The translations under genes and the position numbers were made by a program. This document shows positions 17,218-26,395 of a stretch of 49,400 nt of DNA, piece by piece. Source of the stretch: an uncultured Chloroflexus sp. GTDB lineage: Bacteria > Chloroflexota > Anaerolineae > Anaerolineales > Villigracilaceae. Below the pieces are notes generated by a model. The model did no database searches, had not been told where the DNA came from, and was given only the letters and a program-made list of their open reading frames with translations. The stretch is taken from the NCBI GenBank assembly GCA_964478375.1, contig CAYZIQ010000001.1:8019-57418 (forward strand), in the 5' to 3' direction. The stretch's first letter is position 1, and each line of letters starts with the position of its first letter.

Positions 17218-19293
17218 CTATCGAATCTCGAATTGATACGCGGCCAACTCGCGCGTGAAGCGTGTCGTGCCTACGACGACCAGCGTGGCCTGCTCGCCGC
17301 CGCCGAGATGCAGCGGAATATCGGCTGTCTGGTCGGCACCGACGGGAACGATCTGGACGGTCGTGCCCTGGCTGCCCTGCAAGATCAACGCCAGGCGGAA
17401 AGTCTGCGGCAGGAGGTTCTGGATGCGGGCGAAACCCGCCGCCAGCCACCCTTCAGCTCCGCTCACCTGTGCCTGCCCTGTCCCGTCCGGGCCAGGACGG
17501 GGCGGCACTGGCGCAGGCAGGGCAGGTCCACCATCACCGCCCTCGAAGTCGGTCGCGTAGTTGATGGCCGGGATGGACAGGTCGTCCAGCAAAAAGCCCT
17601 GGGTGTAGACCTCCGCGTCGGTCACATACTCGAAGCGCAGCGACACTTTCTGACCCGCGAACTGCGAGAGGTTAACCGATTCCTGGATCCACCCGTTGCT
17701 GAGGCCGTTGTAGCCCCAACCATAGCTGTTGCCAGAGGGGTTATCCGCCGTGCCAGAGGGGGTGACGAGGATTTGCCAGCGCTGCCCGTCGGTGGAGGCT
17801 TCCAGGTAAACGTAATCGTAATCTTTTTCGAGATCGTACCAGGTCCAGTAGTTGAAGGTGATCGGGGCAGAAACGGCGGTGAAATCGAACTCACGCGTCA
17901 GGGTCATATCCGACACATCGCCGATATTCGACCAAAAGGCGTAGGAACCGGAATGGGGATCGGCGGACAGGATACGGGTCGAGGTGGCGCCGGTGAAGCG
18001 CAGGGTGTAGTCACCGGGACAGGTGATACGGATGTAGTCCACGCCATACTGGTGGACAGTGCGAGTGGCCGGTTCGGAGGGGCAGGTCGAGACCGTCTCC
18101 GTTGCTGAGGTCTGAGGCGCACTGGCATAATTATGATAAACGTAACGCCCATCGCCAACGGTCCCGTCCATCACATAGTTGGTGACAGCCCAGTCCAGGA
18201 AGAAGTCGTCGGCGGTGATGGGCTGGCCGGTCTGCGGATCGGTGGCGTCAATCTGCCTCAAGGTGCTATCCACACTGACCATGCCATTCTCCTGATTCTT
18301 GACGAGCGCCTTGGTGGCATCCTCCCCGAAGCGATCCAGGAAATAGGCCAGGAACAGGTAACCGGCCCCGTAGTGCGGAGAAGAATCCTGGGTTTGATCC
18401 GGCCAGTCGTTCAATTGCAGATCGGGACCGTTCGAATAAAGCCAGTCGAAGCCGCCCACGTCATAACCGTTGATGAAGGCCGCCAGCTCAGCGAAACCCT
18501 CGTTCATCCAGGCCTCTTCGTTGCGATCCTGGTACCAGTGGATCATGTGCTGGAACTCATGGGCCATGGTGCTGTAGACATAGGAGCCGCCCAGCGATGT
18601 GCGGCTGTCAATGAGAAACATCTCGTGCGCATTGGAGTATGGATTGACGAGCGGATTGTATTCGTCGGTAGAGCCAAAGAGACCAGCGACGTTGGCTCCC
18701 AGATTGCTGGCATACAGGGCGTAAATGTGAGGGTCGCCGTCAACGCCAGGCGTCCATTCAGAGCCAAAGAATTCGCGGTCGGTAGGGTAGATGTCGCTTT
18801 CGAAGGTGTCAGCCAACGCCTTCAGGTCATCCTTATTGTAGCGGACATCGTTCTGCACCCAGAAATACAGGTGGTCGGTGACATAGCGCAGCGTGGCGGT
18901 GACCTGGAAATTGGTGTTGGTATCCTGGTTGAACGCCCAGAAAGTCTCCTGCTCTCCGACCTGGCGCGGGGCAGCGGGCGGCGGCAGCGTCGCCGGAATA
19001 TTGCACTTATCCTGAAGGCGACACGCCAGATTGGTCGGGTCGTTGATGGGAACTTCCGTGTTTTCGAGCAAGGCGCGCGTGTCAAGCGCGGCGCTCTCAA
19101 CCGGCAGCCTGGACACGACGACGGTGGGCGTAGGCTCACGGGTGACGAAAGGCATCGGTGAGGTGATGATGGAGGGGAGATTAGGATCACTCATCACGGC
19201 AAGCGCCAGGCCGCATAGGATGAGGATCGTGCACAAACACAGGCAGATCAAAACCAACAAAGTTACTGTAAATGAAGAAATATATTTATTCAT
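17218..19293 (-). CDS. Secreted/membrane-anchored gluzincin metallopeptidase (MA(E) clan, M1-like motif) with C-terminal beta-sandwich region
   Basis: 691 aa, N-terminal TM anchor, HEFQHMIHW...WMNEGFAE (HExxH plus the downstream NEGFA Glu). TAG stop. Confidence 0.75.
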   Translation of the reverse strand: MNKYISSFTVTLLVLICLCLCTILILCGLALAVMSDPNLPSIITSPMPFVTREPTPTVVVSRLPVESAALDTRALLENTEVPINDPTNLACRLQDKCNIPATLPPPAAPRQVGEQETFWAFNQDTNTNFQVTATLRYVTDHLYFWVQNDVRYNKDDLKALADTFESDIYPTDREFFGSEWTPGVDGDPHIYALYASNLGANVAGLFGSTDEYNPLVNPYSNAHEMFLIDSRTSLGGSYVYSTMAHEFQHMIHWYQDRNEEAWMNEGFAELAAFINGYDVGGFDWLYSNGPDLQLNDWPDQTQDSSPHYGAGYLFLAYFLDRFGEDATKALVKNQENGMVSVDSTLRQIDATDPQTGQPITADDFFLDWAVTNYVMDGTVGDGRYVYHNYASAPQTSATETVSTCPSEPATRTVHQYGVDYIRITCPGDYTLRFTGATSTRILSADPHSGSYAFWSNIGDVSDMTLTREFDFTAVSAPITFNYWTWYDLEKDYDYVYLEASTDGQRWQILVTPSGTADNPSGNSYGWGYNGLSNGWIQESVNLSQFAGQKVSLRFEYVTDAEVYTQGFLLDDLSIPAINYATDFEGGDGGPALPAPVPPRPGPDGTGQAQVSGAEGWLAAGFARIQNLLPQTFRLALILQGSQGTTVQIVPVGADQTADIPLHLGGGEQATLVVVGTTRFTRELAAYQFEIR

Positions 19294-19348
19294 CCGGTTT
19301 GGTATCCATCAGCGAAATATCTTGACAGAATTCGTCCTATTATACATT

Positions 19349-19375
19349 ATGGGCGGCAAACTTCCTGCCGCCCAT
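19349..19375 (-). terminator. Hairpin downstream of the flx/hdr operon
   Basis: atgggcggca / tgccgcccat, a perfect 10-bp stem with a 7-nt loop, 30 nt after the TAA of the last operon gene. No clear U-tract. Confidence 0.45.
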
Positions 19376-19406
19376 AACCGTAGCAAGATTACGAGAGGAA
19401 CAAATC

Positions 19407-20252
19407 TTACAAGAAGGTTTCCATCAACTCGCCGACCTGAGCCATGTTGAACACCGGCCCGTCCACGCAGATGAGCTTCGTGCCCAGGTTACAGCGTCCG
19501 CATTTGCCCAGGCCGCAGTGCATGCGCGCCTCCAGCGTGACGTAGCTATCCTTCAAGGCAAAACCCATCTGCGCCAACATGCGCGTCACGTAGTAGATCA
19601 TGATCGGCGGACCACAGGTAATGGTGACGGCGTTCTCCGGCGAGGGGGCCACCTTTTCGAGCAACTGGGTGATCAGGCCTACGTTGTGATCCTACTTCTC
19701 GTCCGCCTGGTCAACGGTCAGGTGCAGGCTGGTATCCGGCGCGGCGCGCTACTCGTCGTACTCGTCGGTAAAGACCAGCAAGGAAGGGAGCCGGGCAGCC
19801 CACAGGATGGTCAACCGGCCGTAGTCGGCGCGGTGATCCAACACAGTCTGGATGACGGGACGCAGCGGCGCACCGCCGATCCCGCCGCCCAGTACGATGA
19901 GATTCTTGCCCTTGAATTGATCCATCGGGAAGCAATTGCCCAACGGGCCGCGCACGCCGACGATGTCGCCTTCGCCCAGCTCATGCAGGCCGGTCGTCAC
20001 GGACCCGAGCCTGTTGACCGCGAAATCCACGCACGGCCCACGCTGGGGCGTGTTGGCGATGCCGAAGGGCGCCTCGCCGAATCCGAAGGCCGAGACGAAG
20101 GCAAACTGTCCGGGCTGATAGGCGCTGAAAGCTTCGCTGCCGCCGTTCATCAACTCAACGCGGAAGAGTTTGATCTCGGTCGCCAGGTCTTTGACCGCGA
20201 CCAGCTTGCCCAGAAAGGGCTTCATCGGATTTTGGTTTCGAGAATCGCTCAT
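19407..20252 (-). pseudogene. FlxA/HydG/AsrB-like FAD-NAD(P)-binding oxidoreductase with C-terminal 2Fe-2S site; single frame interrupted by two in-frame TAG codons (19749-19751, 19692-19694)
   Basis: The ORF-track pieces 19749..20273 and 19407..19664 and the 84 nt between them are one frame: ...LVFTDEYDE-TAG-RAAPDTSLHLTVDQADEK-TAG-DHNVGLITQLLEKVAPSPENAVTITCGPPIM...CGLGKCGRCNLG. Start placed at MSDSRN (SD aaggag). Either a pseudogene or read-through. Confidence 0.7.
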
Positions 20253-20260
20253 GACTTTCT

Positions 20261-20295
20261 CCTTACGTTTCACGCTTTATGCCTTAATGCGATTC
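20261..20295. repeat. Heptamer tract forming the leader/SD region of the flxA-like gene
   Basis: ccttacg tttcacg ctttatg ccttaat gcgattc. Confidence 0.6.
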
Positions 20296-20371
20296 TCCGC
20301 TGAGGGGGCTCCCACGCCCCCGCATCGCAGGCATGGGAGCCCGCTCCACAGAAATCTATGATTTACTGAAT

Positions 20372-21394
20372 TTATCTTGCCAGGTCTGTCAGCACTTCGG
20401 TGATATCCACGTTGACCGGGCAGATGTCCACGCAGCGGCCGCAGCCGGTGCAGGCAGAGGCTGTGCCCAGTCCATACTGTTCGGGGTAATAATAGAATTT
20501 GCAGAAGAAGCGGTTGCGCAGGCGCTCACTTTTTTCGGCGCGCTGGCGGTGGCCTCCGGCAATGCGCCGGTAGTTCTCGCCCTCGCACGAGTCCCAGCAA
20601 CGGATGCGCTCGAACGCGCCCACAGCCGGCACGCCCGGCGCATAGGGCAACACCTCGTCACGGATGATGAAGCAGCGGCAGGTCGGGCAGACGTAGGTGC
20701 AGGCGCGGCAGGAGAGACAGCGCTCCGACATGCGCGGCCAATACTCGCTGGTGAAACGCGCCGGCCAAGAAATGGATTGAGGATCGGGGATTGGGGATTG
20801 TAGATTTGAGATTTTAGATTGCAGATTTGAGCACTCGAAATCGTCAATCGTAAATTGTAAATCGGAAATCAAGCTCTTTCCTTTTTCCGTCACTGTCTCG
20901 ACGACGTAGCCGCTCTCGACCTCGTAGAGCATCACGTCCATATCGCTGGCTTCATCCGGCGCGCCGCCGACCGAGGTGCAGAAGCAGGTCGGCCCCATCT
21001 CTTTGCAGGCCAGGCCCACGAGCGCGGTATTGGCGAGGCGGCGGGCGTAATAGGGGTCAACCGGCTCTTTGTCCAGGAAGAGCGCATCCAGAATCTTGAC
21101 GCCGCGCGCGTCGCAGGGGCGCACGCCGAAGAGCACCTGTTCGCCTTCCGGCAGATTCTCAATGAGCTTGACGCCGCCGTCGCTTTTCTCGATGGTCAGC
21201 AGACGCTCGGTCAATGAAAAGAAGGCCTCCTTGACCGACATGACCGTCCGGCCAAAGCCCCAGGCGATCTCCTGGCTGCTCTCCACAGGCCGGTAGAGCA
21301 GGACGCCGGCCACCTCGTGCGGCGCGATCAGCGTCCGCTGGCGGGCAAGGCCATCCAACCATTCGGCCAATTGGGCTTGGGTGATGAAGTTCAT
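20372..21394 (-). CDS. FlxB/AsrA/HydB-like iron-sulfur subunit (4Fe-4S dicluster)
   Basis: 340 aa. N-domain ...LFGVRPCDARGVKILDALF. C-terminal CLSCRACTYVCPTCRCF ... CTGCGRCVDICP. Contains an in-frame repeat insertion. Confidence 0.8.
   Translation of the reverse strand: MNFITQAQLAEWLDGLARQRTLIAPHEVAGVLLYRPVESSQEIAWGFGRTVMSVKEAFFSLTERLLTIEKSDGGVKLIENLPEGEQVLFGVRPCDARGVKILDALFLDKEPVDPYYARRLANTALVGLACKEMGPTCFCTSVGGAPDEASDMDVMLYEVESGYVVETVTEKGKSLISDLQFTIDDFECSNLQSKISNLQSPIPDPQSISWPARFTSEYWPRMSERCLSCRACTYVCPTCRCFIIRDEVLPYAPGVPAVGAFERIRCWDSCEGENYRRIAGGHRQRAEKSERLRNRFFCKFYYYPEQYGLGTASACTGCGRCVDICPVNVDITEVLTDLAR
20774..20871. repeat. 14-unit heptamer array with inverted halves, in frame inside the FlxB-like CDS
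   Basis: ggattga ggatcgg ggattgg ggattgt agatttg agatttt agattgc agatttg agcactc gaaatcg tcaatcg taaattg taaatcg gaaatca. gatt units on the left face aatc units on the right. Encodes ...FECSNLQSKISNLQSPIPDPQSISW. Confidence 0.8.
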
Positions 21395-21395
21395 G

Positions 21396-22751
21396 TTAGC
21401 CTTCCTTGTACTCGCCAGAGAGGATGGTGACGACCGGCAACGGGACAGGCTTCATACCCGCCCGGTGTCCGAAAGCCGCTTCGATTTCTTGTGCCATCTT
21501 CATATTGAGCAGGCTGATGGGAATGTTCATCGGGCAGGCCCGCTCGCACTCGTTGCAGCCCACGCAACGTCCGGCCAGGTGATAAGCGCGTCCCAGGTGG
21601 AAGGCGCGCTTCTCGTTCATGTTGACGCCCATGCCGATCCACAGCGAGTCATCGCGCTCGTACAGGCAGACTGGACAGTTGCACATCGGGCAGGCCTGGC
21701 GGCAGGCATAGCAGCGGATGCAACGGTCGAACTGGCTCAACCAGAATTCCATGCGCTCGGCCGGGGTCTTCTTCTCCAACTCTGTGATCTTGAGCGCCAC
21801 AGGCGTGGGATGTTCAGGCACTGGAGCGGGGGGCTTACCGATGAGCACGTCGTACACTACTGGCACGCGGTCATTGCACGTCTGGCAGCGGGCCTGCAGG
21901 ACGCCGCGGTCGTGCTGAGTGCCTTCGCAGGTCACGCCGATGATGTAGACCTGCTCGCGCATGAATTGGTTTTCGGTCAGCAGCACGTTGATGGCGCGGC
22001 TGTCGCAGGGCTTGACCACCACCGCCATCGGCTTGGGCTGCTCGATGCCCTTGACCGCCGGGCGACGTTTCTTGCCCAGGTAGGTTGTCAGATTATAGGT
22101 GCAGTCGGGGTTCCAGACCAGCTTATCGGCCTCCTCCGGCGTGTTAGCAAAGGAGGGCCGCGTCCGGCCGCGCGGGCCGACCTCGTATCCGACCACGTAT
22201 CCGACCACGCCGTTGTTGAGCAGCTCCTTGGCCTTGGCGCGGATGGCATCCGTCTTGGCGGCGCAATCGTGTTCGACCAGCGGCACGTCGCCGCGGAGTG
22301 CGGCGAACTGCTGTGTCAGCGCGGGCACCTCGCCGCGCGGCACGCGCCACTTGACCGGGCCCAGTGCCCGCACCGTATCCACGAACTCGGTGGCGATGCG
22401 TGAGAAGCGTTCGCCCTCCGAAGCCGAGACCCAATCCAGGCGCAGGCGTTCGGGTTCGAGGCCGGCATAGCCCATCAACGCCCGCAAGATGGGCAGCCGC
22501 TTGGCGGCACGGTGGTTGCCAGTCTCGTAGTGACATTCGCCGATGTGACAGCCCAATATCAACACGCCGTCCGCGCCCTGGTCGAAGGTGCGCATGACCA
22601 GCTCCGGCGAGACGCGCCCCGAACACGGCACGCGGACATCGCGCACGTTGGCCGGCGATTTCATGCGGGCAATGCCCGCCGTATCCGCGCCAGTGTAGGA
22701 ACACCAGGTACACAGGTAAGCAATTATTCTCGGTTCATAAGCCACGACCAC
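21396..22751 (-). CDS. MvhD/FlxD-like domain fused to a FlxC/AsrA-like Fe-S domain
   Basis: 451 aa. N-terminus IIAYLCTWCSYTGADTAG...VPCSGRVSPELVMRTFDQGADGVLILGCHIGECHY (MvhD). Middle VVKPCDSRAINVLL. C-terminus CIRCYACRQACPMCNC...CVGCNECERACP. Overlaps or abuts neighbouring genes. Confidence 0.8.
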   Translation of the reverse strand: MVVAYEPRIIAYLCTWCSYTGADTAGIARMKSPANVRDVRVPCSGRVSPELVMRTFDQGADGVLILGCHIGECHYETGNHRAAKRLPILRALMGYAGLEPERLRLDWVSASEGERFSRIATEFVDTVRALGPVKWRVPRGEVPALTQQFAALRGDVPLVEHDCAAKTDAIRAKAKELLNNGVVGYVVGYEVGPRGRTRPSFANTPEEADKLVWNPDCTYNLTTYLGKKRRPAVKGIEQPKPMAVVVKPCDSRAINVLLTENQFMREQVYIIGVTCEGTQHDRGVLQARCQTCNDRVPVVYDVLIGKPPAPVPEHPTPVALKITELEKKTPAERMEFWLSQFDRCIRCYACRQACPMCNCPVCLYERDDSLWIGMGVNMNEKRAFHLGRAYHLAGRCVGCNECERACPMNIPISLLNMKMAQEIEAAFGHRAGMKPVPLPVVTILSGEYKEG

Positions 22752-22775
22752 ACCTCCAAAACCTTTCAGAAGTGA

Positions 22776-22838
22776 GACGCGGATTAACGCGGATATACGC
22801 GGATTTCAATAGCTTCTCTCCGCGTTTTCCGCGCTCGT
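22776..22838. repeat. Period-10 tandem repeat in inverted arrangement across the hdrA1 stop codon
   Basis: acgcggatta acgcggatat acgcggattt, then ctccgcgttt tccgcgctcg (inverted cgcgga cores). Confidence 0.6.
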
Positions 22839-25800
22839 CAGCGTCCCATGTGCATTTTGTAGAGCGGCTGGGAAGAATTTGTCTGCCGATAAAGCTCCCA
22901 GCATTTCGTTGACGATCTGGCGGTCATCGAAGTGAATGAGCGAAATGGCCTTGTTGCGGCAGGCGCCGGCGCAGGTGCCGCAGCCCTTACATAGGAAGCT
23001 GTTGACGGTCGCCACCCGGTTCTTGATGGAAATCACGTTGTAGGGACAGGCCGCCACGCAATAGCCGCAGCCAGCGCACTGGTTCTGGTTGACCTCAGCG
23101 ATGGATGGGTCGAGGGCAATGCTGCCTTGATCCATAAGCGAGAGAGCCACCGCGGCCGCGCCCCCGGCCTGCGCCACCGTATCGGGAATGTCCTTGGGCG
23201 CCTGGCAGGTGCCAGCTAGGTAGATACCCTGCGTGGTCGTCTCGACCGGCCCCAGCTTGGGATGCCGCTCAAGGAAAAAACCGTCCCGGCTGCGGCTGAC
23301 GCCGAAGGTGGCGGCGACATGCCCAGCGTCCGTTTGCGGCTCGAATCCGGTGGAAAGGATGACCATGTCCACTTCCACGCTGTCAGGCTGGTCGTGAAAG
23401 GCCTCGCCCCAGCGGACGATCAGCTTCTTGCCCCTCTTGGTGATGCGCTTGACCCGCCCGTGATAGAGGTGGACGCCCATCCGCTCGGTGCGGTTGTAGA
23501 ACTCCTCGTAACCTTTGCCGAAGGAGCGCATGTCGCGGTAGATCTCATGCACCTCGGCGCCCACGTAATCGTGCACCAACTGGGCGATCTTGAGCGAGTA
23601 CATGCAACACGCCCGTGAGCAGTACTCGTTGTACTTTTCGTCGCGGCTGCCGATGCAGTGCAAGATGGCAACCGACTGAGGCGGCTTGCCGTTCTTGAGC
23701 AGCACCTTACCGCTGGTCGGCCCGCTGGCATTGATCAGCCGTTCGAACTCCATCGCCGTGATGACGTTGTCCAGCTTGCCATAGCCTAGTTCAGGGATGC
23801 GTGCCGCGTCGAAATCTTTGAAACCAGTCGCCAGGACGATGGTGCCAACCGTCAGGTCTATTACCTCTTCCTTCATGTCGTGATTGATCGCGCCCCGCTC
23901 GCAGGCCACCAGGCACTCCAGGCATTCCGAACAGACGCCGCAGCGCAGGCAGCGTTCGGCCTCGGCCAGGACTTCCTCCTCGGTCAGGGTCAGGTCCACC
24001 TCGCGGAAGTTTTGAACGCGCGCCTCAAGCGGGATACTTTTGATGGAAACGCGCGCTGTCGGTGAGGCTTCGCCGATCTTGAACTTCGTCTCGATCTCCT
24101 CCGGCGTCAACGTGACGGCGGGCAGCTTATGCGGCTCTTGTAGGCCGCTGACGCCGCGCAGGTGACGGTCAATCGAACGCGCTACCTTGTGGCCCTCGGC
24201 GATGGCGTCCACCACGAAGAAGGTCACGCTGCGCCGCACGTCGCCCGCCACGAAAACGCCTTCCATGGTCGTCATCATGTTCCCATCGGCCTGCACGCCG
24301 ACCGGGAAGCGGGTGTTGATGCTGCCATCCTCCGGCAGGAACGAGAAATTGGGCGCCTGCCCGATGGCCCAGATGACGATGTCGGCCGGCAGGATGTGCT
24401 CGCTGCCAGGAATCTCGGTGAAATCCGGGCGGCCGCGCTTGAAGCCGTGGAACTCGATCTCCATGTAGCGCACGCCGACGATCTTGTCCTTGCGAATCAT
24501 GACTTCCTTGAACGTCCGGCCGGGGAACATCTGGATGCCTTCCTCCTCGGCCACGGCCACTTCCCACTTGAAGCCGGGCATCTCGCCGCGCGACTCCAGG
24601 CAGGCCATGCGCACCTCGGCCGCGCCCAGGCGCAGCGCGGTGCGCGCCGCATCCAGAGCCACGTTGCCGCCGCCCAGCACGACCACTTTCTTGCCCTTGA
24701 CCGGCACATCCTGACCCAGGCAGGCTTTGCGCAAAACGTCCAGGCTGAGCCAGTTATCGGGATGGTTGGAGTCGCGGATGGGGAGCTTCTTGGCGCTGTG
24801 CGCACCGGTGGCGATCAGCGCGGCATCATACGGGCCGCCCAGCGCTGCGGAACTGTTTTCGAGCAGGCCGGGAACATCATCTACCCAGGTGTTCAGGCGC
24901 AGGGTCACGCCTTCGTCAACCACTTGCTGGATCTCCCAATCGAGCAATTCGTGCGGCAGCCGGTGTGGTGGAATGCCCACCCGCATCATGCCGCCTGCCT
25001 TCGGCAGAGAGTCGAAGACCGTGACAGCATGTCCCAGCCGTGCCAAATCCAGCGCGGCGGTCAGGCCGGCCGGCCCCGCGCCGATGACGGCGACCTTCTT
25101 GCCGGTCGGCGGGGGATTGTGCCTAAAGGGAGTCCCGACCAGGGATTTATCCAACATATTCGGTAACTCGTGCCGGTGAGCATAGGCCCAGTCAGCGACG
25201 AAACGCTTGATGCCCATGATATTCACCGGCTCGTCGTACTTGCCGCGCGAACAGGCGTCTTCACAGCGGTGGTTGCACACCCGTCCACAGACCGAGGGGA
25301 AGGGATGTTCACGCCGGATGGCAAAGTACGCGTCCGCGTAACGCTTTTCGCGCACCAGGGCGATGTACCCCTGGGCGCGCTGGTCAGTCGGGCAGGCGTC
25401 GCGGCAGGGAGCGATGCCGCACTTCTGGATTGTATATGCACCCGGCACGGACTGCGCCGAGAAGCGATACGCCGCCTTGCGCAGGCTCAAGCCCTCGTCA
25501 AAGGGATTGGACATTTCGATGGGGCAGACTTCGGCACACTTGCCGCAGCCGGTGCATTTGGCCTCGTCCACGAAGCGCGGCTTGCGCCGTACCTGCACCT
25601 GGTAGTTGCCCACATACCCCGTGACCGACTCCACTTCACTGTAGCTCAGCAGCGTGATGTTTTCGTGGCGTCCAACGGACACCATCTTCGGCGTCAGTAT
25701 TCAGGCAGAACAGTCTAAAGTGGGAAAGGTCTTGTACAACTGCGCCATGTGCCCGCCGATGGACGATTCGCGCTCCACCAGGTAGACGTGCTTGCCGGCG

Positions 25801-26294
25801 TCGGCTAGCTTCAGCGAGGCCTCGATGCCGGCGATCCCGCCGCCCACCACCAGCGCGGATTGTGTCATCTTCACCGGACGCATCTCCAGCGGATTGTGGT
25901 GATGGACGCGCTGCACCGCTGCCGCGACCATCGCTTTCGCCTTGGCCGTCGCCTGGGCGCGGTCATCCACCACCCACGAGCAATGCTCGCGGATATTGGC
26001 CATCTGGAAGAAGAAGGGGTTGAGTCCGCCTTCCTGACAGGCGCGGCGGAAGGTAGGCTCGTGCATCAACGGCGAGCACGAGGCCACCACCACCCGGTTG
26101 AGGCCAAGCTCTCGGATGTCTTGCTTGATCAGGTCTTGGCCTGGGTCTGAGCACATGTAGGTGTAGTCACGGGCGACGGCCACGCCGTCGAGACCTTTCG
26201 CAAACTCGGCAACGCCAGCCACATCCACCGTCGCGGCGATGTTCGTACCGCAGTGACAGACGTAGACACCCGTGCGTATCTTGGAAAGGTTCAA
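22806..26294 (-). CDS. hdrA: HdrA-like flavoprotein with in-frame TGA (probable selenocysteine, 25701-25703) and an inserted NfnB/GltD-like NAD(P)H-FAD module; about 1162 codons
   Basis: TTG start with SD gaggaggt. ORF-track pieces 25701..26294 and 22806..25685 are one frame: ...[67 protein letters not shown]. Inserted segment PCRDACP...SVCGRVCNHRCEDAC...KKVAVIGAGPAGLTAALDLARLGHAVTVFD...VVVLGGGNVALDAART. Confidence 0.8.
25640..25700 (-). other. Candidate bacterial SECIS region downstream of the hdrA1 UGA
   Basis: mRNA UGA AUACUGACGCCGAAGAU GGUGUCC GUU GGACGCC ACGAAAACAUC: a 7-bp stem (one G-U) with a GUU loop. The block is 46/47 identical to the equivalent block in hdrA2. Confidence 0.35.
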
Positions 26295-26395
26295 GTGGGC
26301 ACCTCCTCATTGATGTTATTTCTGCTCATGGTTTTCATAAGAGTTGCGCGCTCCCTGGCGTCTGGTTGGCGACCCAAGCCGCCGGGGTGGATGGA

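Noticed and set aside
19321-19350. Plus-strand TTGACA-N17-CATTAT promoter-like sequence pointing into the 3' end of the flx operon (antisense).
   Set aside because: There is no plus-strand gene downstream. The match is probably fortuitous or part of the minus-strand peptidase promoter region. An antisense RNA cannot be supported from sequence alone.
20774-20871. The heptamer arrays as CRISPR arrays.
   Set aside because: The units are 7 nt, contiguous and without spacers, and they are degenerate. No cas genes are present, and several tracts lie inside ORFs.
25701-25703. Treating the TGA-separated HdrA pieces as independent genes (split HdrA).
   Set aside because: Both paralogues are continuous in one frame. 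The TGA falls exactly at the conserved Cys/Sec codon. The downstream piece would begin only 6 codons later, in the middle of a conserved motif and without an SD.
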